Source: Actinomycetes bacterium
GTDB taxonomy: Bacteria; Actinomycetota; Thermoleophilia; BMS3ABIN01
NCBI GenBank assembly: GCA_024276735.1
Contig: JAJRWQ010000095.1
Span: 1-60,705, forward strand
Direction of reading: 5' to 3'
Length of the DNA stretch: 60,705 bases
The notes beneath the pieces were generated by a model that saw only the letters and a list, made by a program, of their open reading frames with translations, did not search any database and was not told the origin of the DNA. Below, in pieces: positions 43,598 to 54,126 of the stretch (its first letter is position 1; the number at the start of each line of letters is the position of its first letter). A program made the position numbers and the translations under genes.

Positions 43598-43960
43598 TCA
43601 GGGTACCTTGATCTCGGTTCCCGGCTTGAGATTCTGGGGATTTACATTGGGGTTGAGCTCGATAATCTTGGCGATGCTGGTATTGTGCTCGGCGGCGATG
43701 GAAGCGAAGCTGTCGCCGGGCTTGATGGTATAGGTGTTTTGCCCGGTGGTGGCGGTGGTCTCCCCGGCGGCCGGCTCTTCCGCGGGCGCCGCCGCGGTGG
43801 TGGTGGTGGCGGTGGTCGCCGTGGTCCGGGCCGCCTCCCCGCCGGAGCCGGAACCGATCACCCCCGAGATGGCAACGATGTAGAAACCTACCGCGGCGGC
43901 GGCGATGAGCGCCGCCACGGCGAGAAAGCGCAGCACCGACCTCTCCAGGCCACCCTGCAT
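43598..43960 (-). CDS. membrane-anchored LysM-domain protein
   Basis: TM FLAVAALIAAAAVGFYIVAI. C-terminal YTIKPGDSFASIAAEHNTSIAKIIELNPNVNPQNLKPGTEIKVP is a LysM domain. Confidence 0.85.
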   Translation of the reverse strand: MQGGLERSVLRFLAVAALIAAAAVGFYIVAISGVIGSGSGGEAARTTATTATTTTAAAPAEEPAAGETTATTGQNTYTIKPGDSFASIAAEHNTSIAKIIELNPNVNPQNLKPGTEIKVP

Positions 43961-43985
43961 CCTGCCTCCGTTCCTGTCCCGATGG

Positions 43986-44993
43986 TCACTCGCCGGCGGC
44001 GGCGCGCCACAGTTCCTCGCGCATGCGCCGCGCGGCCTCGCGGGCGGCGCCGGCGAAATCCCCTCCGGCGCCAGCGTAAATTATACTACGAGAAGCAGTC
44101 ACCAGCGCTCCCAGGCCGCGCTGGTCGAACGCCGCCGCCACGTCGGCGGCGCCGGCCCCCTGGGCCCCGTAGCCGGGAAGCAGCAGGAAGGCGCGCGGCA
44201 GCAGCCGGCGCGCACGGGCCACGGCGCCGGGGTCGGTGGCGCCCACCACCGCGCCCACGCTGCTGTAGCCCTCCTCCCCCACCAGGCCCTCGCCCCATGC
44301 CGCCACCAGCTCGGCCAGACGTTCCCAGAGCAGGCGCGGACCATCGCCTCCCTCCCTCTTGCCGGCGGCCAGCTCCAGATCCTGGATCTCGGCGGCTCCG
44401 GGGTTGGAGGTGCGCACCAGCACGAAGATCCCCTTGCCGTAGCGGCGGCAGGCGTCGAGAAAGGGCTTCATGCCGTCGCTGCCATAGAAGGGGTTCACGG
44501 TCACGGCGTCGGCGCCCATGCCCTCCTGCTTGCCGGCCCGGCCGGCGGCCGATCCCAGGAAGGCGGCGGCGTAACCCTGGGCGGAGACGTCGATGTCGCC
44601 CCGCTTGGCGTCGGCGATGACAATGAGGCCCGCCTGCGCCGCGTAGCGGCTGAGCTCCTGGCAGGCGGCGATCCCTTCCGCCCCGTAACGCTCGAAGCAG
44701 GCCAGTTGCAGCTTCACGGCGACGGCGTAAGGAGCCACCGCCTCGATGATGCGTTCGCCGAACTCGACGAACAGCTCCGCCACAGGGTGACGGTCGTGGG
44801 CCTGCCCTTCCGGCCTGCCCGGGGCTGACGGCGGCGACGAGGTGGACCGGCCTGCGCGGGCTTCCACGAGCGCCGCCGGCATCAGCTCCAGGCGCGGGTC
44901 CAACCCCACGCAAACCTGGCTCTGCTTCTCCAGCACCGCCCGCGCCAGCCTGTCGGCAAAGGCGCCGGCGTTGCCTGCTGCATCCGTGGTCAT
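43986..44993 (-). CDS. pyrF: orotidine 5'-phosphate decarboxylase (type 2)
   Basis: Start ATG 44993 preceded by GGAGGGAGGACG. QVCVGLDPRLELMP, VIADAKRGDIDVSAQGYA, LLPGYGAQG. Confidence 0.9.
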   Translation of the reverse strand: MTTDAAGNAGAFADRLARAVLEKQSQVCVGLDPRLELMPAALVEARAGRSTSSPPSAPGRPEGQAHDRHPVAELFVEFGERIIEAVAPYAVAVKLQLACFERYGAEGIAACQELSRYAAQAGLIVIADAKRGDIDVSAQGYAAAFLGSAAGRAGKQEGMGADAVTVNPFYGSDGMKPFLDACRRYGKGIFVLVRTSNPGAAEIQDLELAAGKREGGDGPRLLWERLAELVAAWGEGLVGEEGYSSVGAVVGATDPGAVARARRLLPRAFLLLPGYGAQGAGAADVAAAFDQRGLGALVTASRSIIYAGAGGDFAGAAREAARRMREELWRAAAGE

Positions 44994-45130
44994 CGTCCTC
45001 CCTCCGGCCTTTCCGCCACCGTCCCGGGAAAGCAGCGACGGGGCCGCAACCAAGCCACCAGCGGCCGTCGACGGCCGCCATGCCAAGGTAACATTAACAA
45101 ACATTCTCCCGTCCCGCCGCCGGCGCGCTC

Positions 45131-46528
<1,398 letters not shown>

Positions 46529-46565
46529 TCACCGGACGCCGCCGGCACCCGGCGCGCCGGCGGTG

Positions 46566-46592
46566 AAAAAAAGGCCGCCATCAGGCGGCCCC
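46566..46592 (-). terminator. intrinsic terminator after rpmA
   Basis: Minus strand GGCCGCC-TGAT-GGCGGCC followed by TTTTTTT. Confidence 0.8.
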
Positions 46593-46633
46593 GGGAATCT
46601 CGCTCGCGCACGTACCCGCAATGCGCCGGTGTG

Positions 46634-46894
46634 TCAGCTCCCCTCTTCCACCGGCACCACGCTCACCGTCCGCCTGGCGCCGCGGGAGAAGACCACGCGG
46701 CCGGTAACCTTGGCAAAGATGGTATCGTCGCCGCCGATGCCGGCCCCCGGGCCCGGACGGAACCTGGTGCCGCGCTGGCGCACGATGATGGAGCCCGCCG
46801 GCACCACCTGGCCGCCGAAGCTCTTGCAACCCAGGCGCTGCGCCCGCGAGTCACGCCCGTTACGACTTGTACCCGAACCTTTCTTGTGAGCCAT
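46634..46894 (-). CDS. rpmA: 50S ribosomal protein L27
   Basis: [48 protein letters not shown]. Confidence 0.96.
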   Translation of the reverse strand: MAHKKGSGTSRNGRDSRAQRLGCKSFGGQVVPAGSIIVRQRGTRFRPGPGAGIGGDDTIFAKVTGRVVFSRGARRTVSVVPVEEGS

Positions 46895-47458
46895 TTACTT
46901 CTCCGCCTCTTTCGCCTTCTTTTCCTTGCCCGGCTTCGCCGAGCCGCCCTCGGCGGCAGCCTTGCCGGTCTTCTTCTTGCTGGATGCGGCCTTTGCCTCC
47001 TTGGCCTCGCCCTTGCCGGAAGAAGCCTTGGCGGGCTCGGCCTTCGCCTTGCCGGTGGCGGCCGCTTTCTTTTCCTTGCCGGTTTCCTTGGCCTTGGCCT
47101 TCGCGGACGCCGCTTTCTTCTTGCCGCCCGCGGAGGCGACGGCCTTGGCGCTGCCGGCGGTTATCGCCTCGATGGTGATGCGCGAGAGGCGGCTGCGGTG
47201 TCCCCGGCGGCGCCGGTAACCCCGCTTGGGCTTGTACTTAAAGACCAGCACCTTCTCGCCGAGGAAGTGCTCGCCCACCTTCGCCTTCACCTTGGCGCCC
47301 TTGAGCTCGCCGGCGGTGACGGCGCGCTTCTCGCCGCCGATCAGCAGCGGTGCCAGGGTGAGCGTGTCGCCCTCCTGCTGGTCGAGGCGGTCGACCACCA
47401 GCTCGTCACCCTTCTCCACCCTGTATTGTTTGCCACCCAGGTCTATTACGGCGTACAT
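46895..47458 (-). CDS. rplU: 50S ribosomal protein L21 with an ~85-aa Lys/Ala-rich C-terminal extension
   Basis: MYAVIDLGGKQYRVEKGDELVVDRL...KYKPKRGYRRRRGHRSRLSRITIEAI is the L21 core (~102 aa). It is followed by AKAVASAGGKKKAASAKAKAKETGKEKKAAATGKAKAEPAKA... Confidence 0.93.
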   Translation of the reverse strand: MYAVIDLGGKQYRVEKGDELVVDRLDQQEGDTLTLAPLLIGGEKRAVTAGELKGAKVKAKVGEHFLGEKVLVFKYKPKRGYRRRRGHRSRLSRITIEAITAGSAKAVASAGGKKKAASAKAKAKETGKEKKAAATGKAKAEPAKASSGKGEAKEAKAASSKKKTGKAAAEGGSAKPGKEKKAKEAEK

Positions 47459-47525
47459 GTCTCTTCTCCGCCTCTTGAATTCTCTTGCCAGGCCGGGAGC
47501 CGTGACGGCACCCGCTGAACCCCAC

Positions 47526-47533
47526 GGATTATA
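47526..47533 (-). promoter_or_regulatory. extended -10 (TGCTATAAT) upstream of rplU-rpmA
   Basis: Minus strand TTTTGCTATAAT, with TATAAT at 47533-47528. TTGGTA lies 19 nt upstream. About 65-nt leader containing a GGGTGCCG/CGGCTCCC hairpin. Confidence 0.5.
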
Positions 47534-47638
47534 GCAAAATAGCGGCGCCCGGTACCAACCGCCGCGGCGGGAGCGGGTGCCGGGGCCCGCGGGCCGGGAG
47601 GCGCGGGATCCCCGCGCGGACGGGAACGGGCGGCCGCC

Positions 47639-49366
47639 CTAGTCGCCGTTTCCTTTCTCTTCTTCCTTGCCGCCCTGCTCCTTTTCCTCGCCGTCCACCA
47701 CGCTGGCGTAGGCACAGGTGCGGGTGACGCTGTCGATGTGCACCCGGTGATCCTCCCCCACCAGCTTGCCGGCGCCGGCGATGCTGATCACGTAACCATC
47801 GATCTTGGCGATGGCGTCCGCGGGGTTGTAGGTGTGCCGCTCCTCGATGCGCAGCCGCACCTCGTCACCCTCGGCCACCGGCAGCGACGCCCGCTGGATC
47901 GCCTCGCGGCTGCCCTCGGCGGTGACCTCGAAGGTGTCGATGGGAATGGTGTCCAGCCCCTCGAAGCTGAAATACTTGCCCGTCTCCTGCTCCAGCTCCT
48001 TGAGCTTGGCGCCGCCCTGCCCGATGAGCATCGCCGCCACCTTGGGGTGCACCTCCACCAGGAACGCCTCGCTGGAGGACTCGGCCGCCAGGCGCCGCAG
48101 CCGCTGCTCGATGTCGATGGCCATCGTCTCCTCGGAGATGATCACGCCCTCGCCGTTGCAGGTGGGGCAGGTCTTGGTGAGGATCCCCCTGAGCCCCTCG
48201 GTGACGTTCTGCCGCGTCATCTCCACCAGGCCCAGGGGCGATAGCTCCACGATGTAGGTCTTGGTGCGGTCGCTCTCCAGCTCGCGCCCCAGGGTGTCGA
48301 GCACCTCGCGGCGGTTGCGCGGCCGCGCCATGTCGATGAAGTCGATGATGATGATACCGCCGATGTCCCGCAGCCGCAGCTGGCGCACCACCTCCTTGCA
48401 GGCCTCGATGTTGGTCTTGAGGATGGTGTCCTCCAGGCGCGACTTGCCCACGTAGCGGCCGGTGTTGACGTCGATGATGGTCATCGCCTCGGTATGCTCG
48501 ATCACCAGGTAGCCGCCGCTGGGCAAATCCACCCGCTTTTCCAGCGCCTTCCTGATCTCGCGGTCGACGCCGTAGGTATCCATCAGCGGCTCGTTGCCCT
48601 GGTAGAGCTCGATGCGGTCCAGGAGCTCCGGCGAGGTCTTCTTCAGGAAGGAACGGATGCGGGCGTACTCGCGCTGGTTGTCCACCAGCACCCGCTGGTA
48701 GCTGTCGTCGAAGAGGTCCCGGATCACCTTCAGCGAGACCTCCATCTCCGAGTAGAGCAGCGCCGGCGCCTTCATGCTCTTCTCGCGCTTCTGGATGATC
48801 TGCCACATCTTCTCCAGGAAGCGCAGGTCCCCCATCAGCTCCTTCTTGGTCACGCCCTCGGCGGCGGTGCGCACGATCAGGCCCGCCCCCTTGACCTTTA
48901 GCTCCTTGCAGAGCTGGCGCAGGTGCTGCCGCTCCTCGTCGGGCAGGCGCCGGGAGACGCCGATGCCGTCACCGTCGGGGACGTAGACCAGGAAGCGGCC
49001 GGGGATGGAGATCTGGGTGGTGAGGCGGGCGCCCTTGGTGCCCATGGGGTCCTTGACGATCTGCACCAGGATCTCCTGGCCCGAGCGCAGCATCTGGGTG
49101 ATCTTCTGGGGGCGCTTGTCGGGGTCCTCGTGGACCATGACTTCCTCGACGTAGAGGAAGCCGTTCTTCTCCAGGCCGATATCCACGAAGGCTGCTTCCA
49201 TGCCCGGAAGCACGTTCTCCACCACGCCCTTGTAGATGTTGCCGGCCAGGGGGCGTGCCCCCTTGCGCTCGACGTAGATCTCGCAGAGCCGCCCCTTTTC
49301 CAGGACGGCGACCTTCAACTCGTTGGGCTCGGCGCTGACAAGTATCTGCTTGGCGGCACTCGCCAT
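47639..49366 (-). CDS. ribonuclease E/G family endoribonuclease
   Basis: Start chosen at ATG 49366 (MASAAKQILVSAEPNELKVAVLEKGRLCEIYVE...). S1 domain GNIYKGVVENVLPGMEAAFVDIG. Catalytic-core motifs IIDVNTGRYVG and IIIIDFIDM. The track ORF extends to GTG 49420. Confidence 0.9.
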   Translation of the reverse strand: MASAAKQILVSAEPNELKVAVLEKGRLCEIYVERKGARPLAGNIYKGVVENVLPGMEAAFVDIGLEKNGFLYVEEVMVHEDPDKRPQKITQMLRSGQEILVQIVKDPMGTKGARLTTQISIPGRFLVYVPDGDGIGVSRRLPDEERQHLRQLCKELKVKGAGLIVRTAAEGVTKKELMGDLRFLEKMWQIIQKREKSMKAPALLYSEMEVSLKVIRDLFDDSYQRVLVDNQREYARIRSFLKKTSPELLDRIELYQGNEPLMDTYGVDREIRKALEKRVDLPSGGYLVIEHTEAMTIIDVNTGRYVGKSRLEDTILKTNIEACKEVVRQLRLRDIGGIIIIDFIDMARPRNRREVLDTLGRELESDRTKTYIVELSPLGLVEMTRQNVTEGLRGILTKTCPTCNGEGVIISEETMAIDIEQRLRRLAAESSSEAFLVEVHPKVAAMLIGQGGAKLKELEQETGKYFSFEGLDTIPIDTFEVTAEGSREAIQRASLPVAEGDEVRLRIEERHTYNPADAIAKIDGYVISIAGAGKLVGEDHRVHIDSVTRTCAYASVVDGEEKEQGGKEEEKGNGD

Positions 49367-49553
49367 GGCTATAAACGACTGCCCTTTCTGCAAAAAATTC
49401 CGGCCGTCCCCGCGGTCCACCCGCCGGGGCCCGGCCCTAAAAACAAAACCAGGAAAACCTCGTTCTTGCCGGTATTATATATTTCCCGGGGCGCCGTAAC
49501 CAAACCGCCTTGATACACGGCGCAACATTGTTGATATTTTCAGGCGCCCCGTT

Positions 49554-50264
49554 TCAGCGGCGCCGGCCCATTCCCGCCCGGCGTCCCCGCAGCGGCCGGC
49601 GGCGCGGCGGCCGCGGCGGCCGGTCGTCACGCAGGATGATGGCGATGCGCACCACCCGCTGCACCGCCGGCGATCCGGCGCCCAGCGCCGCCAGCGACTC
49701 CACGATCTCCTCCGGCCTGGCAGTCCCCTCGCCGGTGACCTTCATGGTGAACTCGATGCCGGCACCGTCCGCCAGTGGCCGCACCGACCGCACGTACTGC
49801 TTGACGTCGATCTCCTTGTCGCCCTTGGGACGGCGGCGCAACACCTTGAACTCCGGGGCCTCGCCAAAACGGTCACAGGCCTCGGCGAGCCCCGGCAGCG
49901 GCTCCCGGAAACTGATGCGGTAGTTGACCGCTTCCACGCGGGCCGCCGACTTGGAGTGATCCCAGGTGGGGCCCACCGACTTGAGGGTCATGCCCTCGGG
50001 GAGCTCGGCGCCCAGCCGGGAAGCCAGCTCGTTGAGCGGCGCCCGCTGCGCCAGGGCGAAATCGCAGATCTCGTCCTCGCCTTCCACGCCCACCCCCAGC
50101 GGCATCGCCAGGCTGAGTATCGGCTTGGGGCGCATGCCCTCCGTGTAGGCCAGCCGGAAGCCGGCCCGCCGCACCGCCCGCACCAGGCAGCTCAGGGTGT
50201 CCAGGTGGGAGACGAAGCGGGCGCGGCCCTTCTTGGAAAAATGCATGCGGTAATTGAACTTCAT
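49554..50264 (-). CDS. TIGR03936/DUF2344-type radical-SAM-associated protein
   Basis: Start ATG 50264 (ATGA overlap with the upstream stop). MKFNYRMHFSKKGRARFVSHLDTLSCLVRAVRRAGFRLAYTEGMRPKP is the family N-terminal signature. Confidence 0.85.
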   Translation of the reverse strand: MKFNYRMHFSKKGRARFVSHLDTLSCLVRAVRRAGFRLAYTEGMRPKPILSLAMPLGVGVEGEDEICDFALAQRAPLNELASRLGAELPEGMTLKSVGPTWDHSKSAARVEAVNYRISFREPLPGLAEACDRFGEAPEFKVLRRRPKGDKEIDVKQYVRSVRPLADGAGIEFTMKVTGEGTARPEEIVESLAALGAGSPAVQRVVRIAIILRDDRPPRPPRRRPLRGRRAGMGRRR

Positions 50265-52060
50265 TGCCCTCCCAGCACCATCTCGATCTCTCCCTCGCAG
50301 ACGCCGCACAGGCTGCAGTCGCCCCCGCGGCAGTCCACGGTGGCCTCGCCCCGCAGCGCCTTCTCCCTCTCCGCCAGCAGGAACTCCCGGTCCAGGCGGG
50401 AATCGATATCGTCCCAGGGAAGCGGCGCCGAAGTCTCGAAGCTGCGGCCGGCGGCCTCCTCCACGGTGGTGCCGATGACGGCGAAGCCCTTCTCCCAGGC
50501 GGCGAAGTCGAACTGCTCCGTCCAGGCATCGAAGCGGGCGCCCGCCCGCCAGGCGGCCTCGATCGCCCGCGCCGTCTCGTCACCGCCCCGGGTGATGGCG
50601 CCCTCCACCAGGCTGGCATCCACGTCGTGGAAGCTGAGCTTGATCTGCTTGCGCGGCATCTTCTCCCGCAGGAAGGCCTGCTTCTCCTCGATGCCGGCGC
50701 GCGGCTCCATGCCGTCCCACTGGAAGGGCGTGTGCGCCTTGGGCACGAAGGAGGCCACGCTGACGTTGATCCGCACCCTGCCCCGGTTCGCCGCCCGCTG
50801 CCTGCCGATGCGGCGGGCGCGCACGGCGACGTCGACGATGCCTTCCACGTCCTCCATGGTCTCCGTGGGCAAACCGATCATGAAGTAGAGCTTGACGGTG
50901 GTGCAACCCAGCTCGAAGGCGGCCTCCAGGGAGGCCTCGATCTCCCGGTCGCTCACCTGCTTGTTGATCACGTCCCGCAGGCGCTGGGTGCCGGCCTCGG
51001 GGGCGATGGTGATGGAGCCCCGGCGCTGCGAGATCAGCTCCAGCATGCGGATGGAGTCCGGGTCGACCCGCAGCGACGGCAGCGAGACCGTGAGCCCGGG
51101 ATGCGACTGGGCCAGGCGGCGGATCACCTCGCGAATGCCGCTGTAATCGGTGGTGGAGAGCGAGCTGAGCGAAACCTCGTCGTAGCCGGTGTTGGCCACC
51201 AGCTCCTCCACGGCGGCCACCACTTCCTCCGGGGACTGCTCCCGCACCGGCCGGTACCAGTTGCCGGCGAGGCAGAAACGGCAGCCGCGGGTGCAGCCGC
51301 GCATGATCTCCAGCGTCGCCCGGTCGTGCACCGCCGCCATGGTCGGCACCACCGGCCGCAGCGGCAGGTAGCGGCGCTCCACTGCCGGCGCTACCGCCCG
51401 CTGCACGGTCCCGGTGATCCCCGGCACGTAGACGCCCGCGATCGACGCCAGGCGCTCCAGCAGCCGTTGCCGCCCCCGGCCGCGCTCCTCCTCGCAGGCG
51501 CGCACCACCGCGGGCAGCACCGCCTCGCCGTCGCCGATGATCATGAAATCGAAGAAGGCGGACATGGGATGCGGATTGCTGGCACAGGGCCCGCCGGCGA
51601 ACACCAGGGGATCGTCCTCGCCGCGGTCCTCGCGGTGCAGGGGGATCCCCGCCAGGTCCAGCATCTCCAGCACGTTGCTGTAGGTGAGCTCGTACTGGAG
51701 GGTGATGCCCCAGAGGTCGACTTCCCGCACCGGCTGCCAGCTCTCCAGCAGGAAGAGCGGCACCGACTCCTCGCGCATCAGCGCCGCCATGTCGGTCCAG
51801 GGACAGTAGACCCGCTGGGCCCAGGCGTCGGTGGTTTCGTTGACAAGGCTGTAGAGTATCTGGACCGCCTGGTTGGCGGTGCCGATCTCGTAGACGTCCG
51901 GGTAGCTCAGCGCCACCCGCAGCGAGTAATCTTCCTTGACGACGCTGCCGACTTCGCCGCCGATGTAGCGGGCGGGTTTCTCCACCCTCTCCAGGAGGGC
52001 GTCGATTGCTGTCTGGATTCCCTGGGACAAGATCTCTCGTTCATCTCGTTCCGGGCGCAA
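50261..52060 (-). CDS. TIGR03960-type radical SAM protein (B12-binding-like N-domain plus radical SAM core)
   Basis: VEKPARYIGGEVGS near the N-terminus. CxxxCxxC cluster motif in MRGCTRGCRFCLAG. Confidence 0.88.
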   Translation of the reverse strand: MRPERDEREILSQGIQTAIDALLERVEKPARYIGGEVGSVVKEDYSLRVALSYPDVYEIGTANQAVQILYSLVNETTDAWAQRVYCPWTDMAALMREESVPLFLLESWQPVREVDLWGITLQYELTYSNVLEMLDLAGIPLHREDRGEDDPLVFAGGPCASNPHPMSAFFDFMIIGDGEAVLPAVVRACEEERGRGRQRLLERLASIAGVYVPGITGTVQRAVAPAVERRYLPLRPVVPTMAAVHDRATLEIMRGCTRGCRFCLAGNWYRPVREQSPEEVVAAVEELVANTGYDEVSLSSLSTTDYSGIREVIRRLAQSHPGLTVSLPSLRVDPDSIRMLELISQRRGSITIAPEAGTQRLRDVINKQVSDREIEASLEAAFELGCTTVKLYFMIGLPTETMEDVEGIVDVAVRARRIGRQRAANRGRVRINVSVASFVPKAHTPFQWDGMEPRAGIEEKQAFLREKMPRKQIKLSFHDVDASLVEGAITRGGDETARAIEAAWRAGARFDAWTEQFDFAAWEKGFAVIGTTVEEAAGRSFETSAPLPWDDIDSRLDREFLLAEREKALRGEATVDCRGGDCSLCGVCEGEIEMVLGGQ

Positions 52061-52976
52061 CCTGCCGGGCCCGGCCGCGTAATCGCTTTGCCTTCTCCAC
52101 CAGCGCCGCCAGCCGCGAGGGAGTCACGCGGGCGTCGCCGGAAAAATACGTCTTTACCGCGCGGCCCATGGCCATGGTGCCGCCGTAGCCGACGCCGCCC
52201 TTGAGCAGCCAGCCGGGGCCGGGAACCACGCAGAGCAGCTGCCGCGCCAGCGCCCTCAGCCCCAGCCCGCTGCCGGCGACACCGATCAGCTCCACCGCCC
52301 GCTCCAGCCCTACCGGCTCCCCGTGGGCGGCGGCCAGCTTGAGCAGCATGCGGGCCTGGTTGAGCGTCATCACCGGCATGTCGGCCCCGGGAACGAAGAA
52401 GAGCAGGCCGATGATCCCGTTCTGCCGCGCCGTGTTGCGGATCAGGCGCTCGCAGACCACGTCGCGTATGGCGGGCAGCCATGCCGCCAGCGCCAGCGAT
52501 TCGTCACCGGCGGCCTCGGCGATCGCCTCGCCGAGAACGTCCGCCGGCACCCTGCCGTCGGGGGCCATGCCCACCACCTGCCGAGGGCCGACGCCCGCCG
52601 CCGGAAACGACAGCGCCATCCCCGGCGCCCGGGTGAGCACCAGCACCATGGAGGGCGCGGCCGCCGCCAGCCGCTCCAGGCGCTCGCCGAAGGCGTCGTC
52701 TTCCAGCTCCCCGGGTGCCACCACCAGTACCAGCGCCGCCGCCGTCTCCAGGCGGTGAGAGGGCAGCGCGGAAATATCCCCGTCGGGCACCGTCTCGGTC
52801 ACCAACAGCCGTGCCGCCGCCTCCGGCTCGGCGCCTTCCGCCAGCGCCGCCCGCACGGATTCGACCGCGTCCGCGTCGCTGCCGGCCACCAGCACGGGGG
52901 CCGACGCATGCGACTGCTCGCGAACCTCTCCCAGCAGCGAGTAGAGCTTCCTGGGGCTAAGCGGTAATCCTGGCAC
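52041..52976 (-). CDS. hypothetical protein (311 aa), Ala-rich, C-terminal part DUF697-like
   Basis: GTG start. 20-nt overlaps with both the rodA stop and the radical SAM start. C-terminal NTARQNGIIGLLFFVPGADMPVMTLNQARMLLKLAAAHG...GGVGYGGTMAMGRAV. Confidence 0.6.
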   Translation of the reverse strand: MPGLPLSPRKLYSLLGEVREQSHASAPVLVAGSDADAVESVRAALAEGAEPEAAARLLVTETVPDGDISALPSHRLETAAALVLVVAPGELEDDAFGERLERLAAAAPSMVLVLTRAPGMALSFPAAGVGPRQVVGMAPDGRVPADVLGEAIAEAAGDESLALAAWLPAIRDVVCERLIRNTARQNGIIGLLFFVPGADMPVMTLNQARMLLKLAAAHGEPVGLERAVELIGVAGSGLGLRALARQLLCVVPGPGWLLKGGVGYGGTMAMGRAVKTYFSGDARVTPSRLAALVEKAKRLRGRARQVAPGTR

Positions 52977-54126
52977 GCCTGTACCTCCTGTCGCCGATCA
53001 TCCTGCTGCGCACGTGGATGCTCTCCAGCAGGCCGATGCCCAGCAGGTTGGCAACCATCGAGCTTCCACCGTAACTGACGAAGGGAAGCGTGATACCGGT
53101 GACCGGCATGATGCCGATGGTCATGCCTATGTTAACAAAAAACTGGAACAGCAACATGGAGAGCACCCCGCCCGCCACCAGGCTGCCGAAGAGGCTGTCC
53201 GCCATCAGCATGATCCTGATGCCGCGCCAGACGATGAACACGAAGAGCGCGAACAGCACCATGGCGCCGATGAAACCCAGCTCCTCCCCCAGCACCGAGA
53301 AGACGAAGTCGGTATGGTGCTCGGGCAGGAAGTTGAGCTGGGCCTGCGTGCCCTGGTAGAGCCCCTTGCCGGTGAGCATCCCCGAACCGATGGCGATCTT
53401 CGACTGCATCAGGTTGTACCCGGCCCCGGTGGGGTCGTGGTCCGGGTGCAGGAACACCAGCAGCCGGTCCACCTGGTAGGGCTTCATCAGCTGCAACCCC
53501 ACCACCGGCAACACCTTGAGCACCAGCAGCAGCGCTCCCACCAGGGCCACCCCCATGGCGGCAAAGTGGGTCCAGCGCACGCCGTAGAGAAAGAGCATCG
53601 CCACTGCCAGCGCCAGCAGCACCAGGGCGCTGCCGAAGTCGGGCTCGAAGAATATCAGCAGCAGCGGCAGGGAAGTGTAGGCCAGCGTCACCAGCGTGGT
53701 CTGCACCTCCATCTCCCCCCGGGGCCTGCCGGCGAGGTACGAGGCCAGCACCAGCACCATTCCCACCTTGGTGAGCTCCGACGGCTGCAGGTTGAACACG
53801 CCCAGGTCGATCCAGCGCTGCGACCCCTGGGCGGTGGAGCCGACGATGTACACGAGGAGGGTGAGCAGCAGCACCCCCACGTAGATGGGCGTGCGGTAGT
53901 TGCGGAGGCCGCGGTAGTCGATGAAAGCCAGGGGCACTATCAGGAGCAGCCCCAGCACCGCCGCCGCCGCCTGGATCTTCACGTAGTAATAAGGGCCGGG
54001 GAGCTGGGGGTCGGCGTGGGTGGCGCTGTATATCAGCACCATGCCGTAGACCACCACTGCCAGCACCGCCGCCAGCAGGGCGTAATCGAAGTGCCTCAGG
54101 TGCAGGCGCAGGTCCAGGGCGATCAC
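52957..54126 (-). CDS. rodA: SEDS-family peptidoglycan polymerase RodA (FtsW/RodA/SpoVE family)
   Basis: 10-TM protein. ...QRWIDLGVFNLQPSELTK..., GYNLMQSKIAIGSGMLTGKG, PEHHTDFVFSVLGEELGFIG, ITLPFVSYGGSS. Confidence 0.92.
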   Translation of the reverse strand: MIALDLRLHLRHFDYALLAAVLAVVVYGMVLIYSATHADPQLPGPYYYVKIQAAAAVLGLLLIVPLAFIDYRGLRNYRTPIYVGVLLLTLLVYIVGSTAQGSQRWIDLGVFNLQPSELTKVGMVLVLASYLAGRPRGEMEVQTTLVTLAYTSLPLLLIFFEPDFGSALVLLALAVAMLFLYGVRWTHFAAMGVALVGALLLVLKVLPVVGLQLMKPYQVDRLLVFLHPDHDPTGAGYNLMQSKIAIGSGMLTGKGLYQGTQAQLNFLPEHHTDFVFSVLGEELGFIGAMVLFALFVFIVWRGIRIMLMADSLFGSLVAGGVLSMLLFQFFVNIGMTIGIMPVTGITLPFVSYGGSSMVANLLGIGLLESIHVRSRMIGDRRYRRARITA

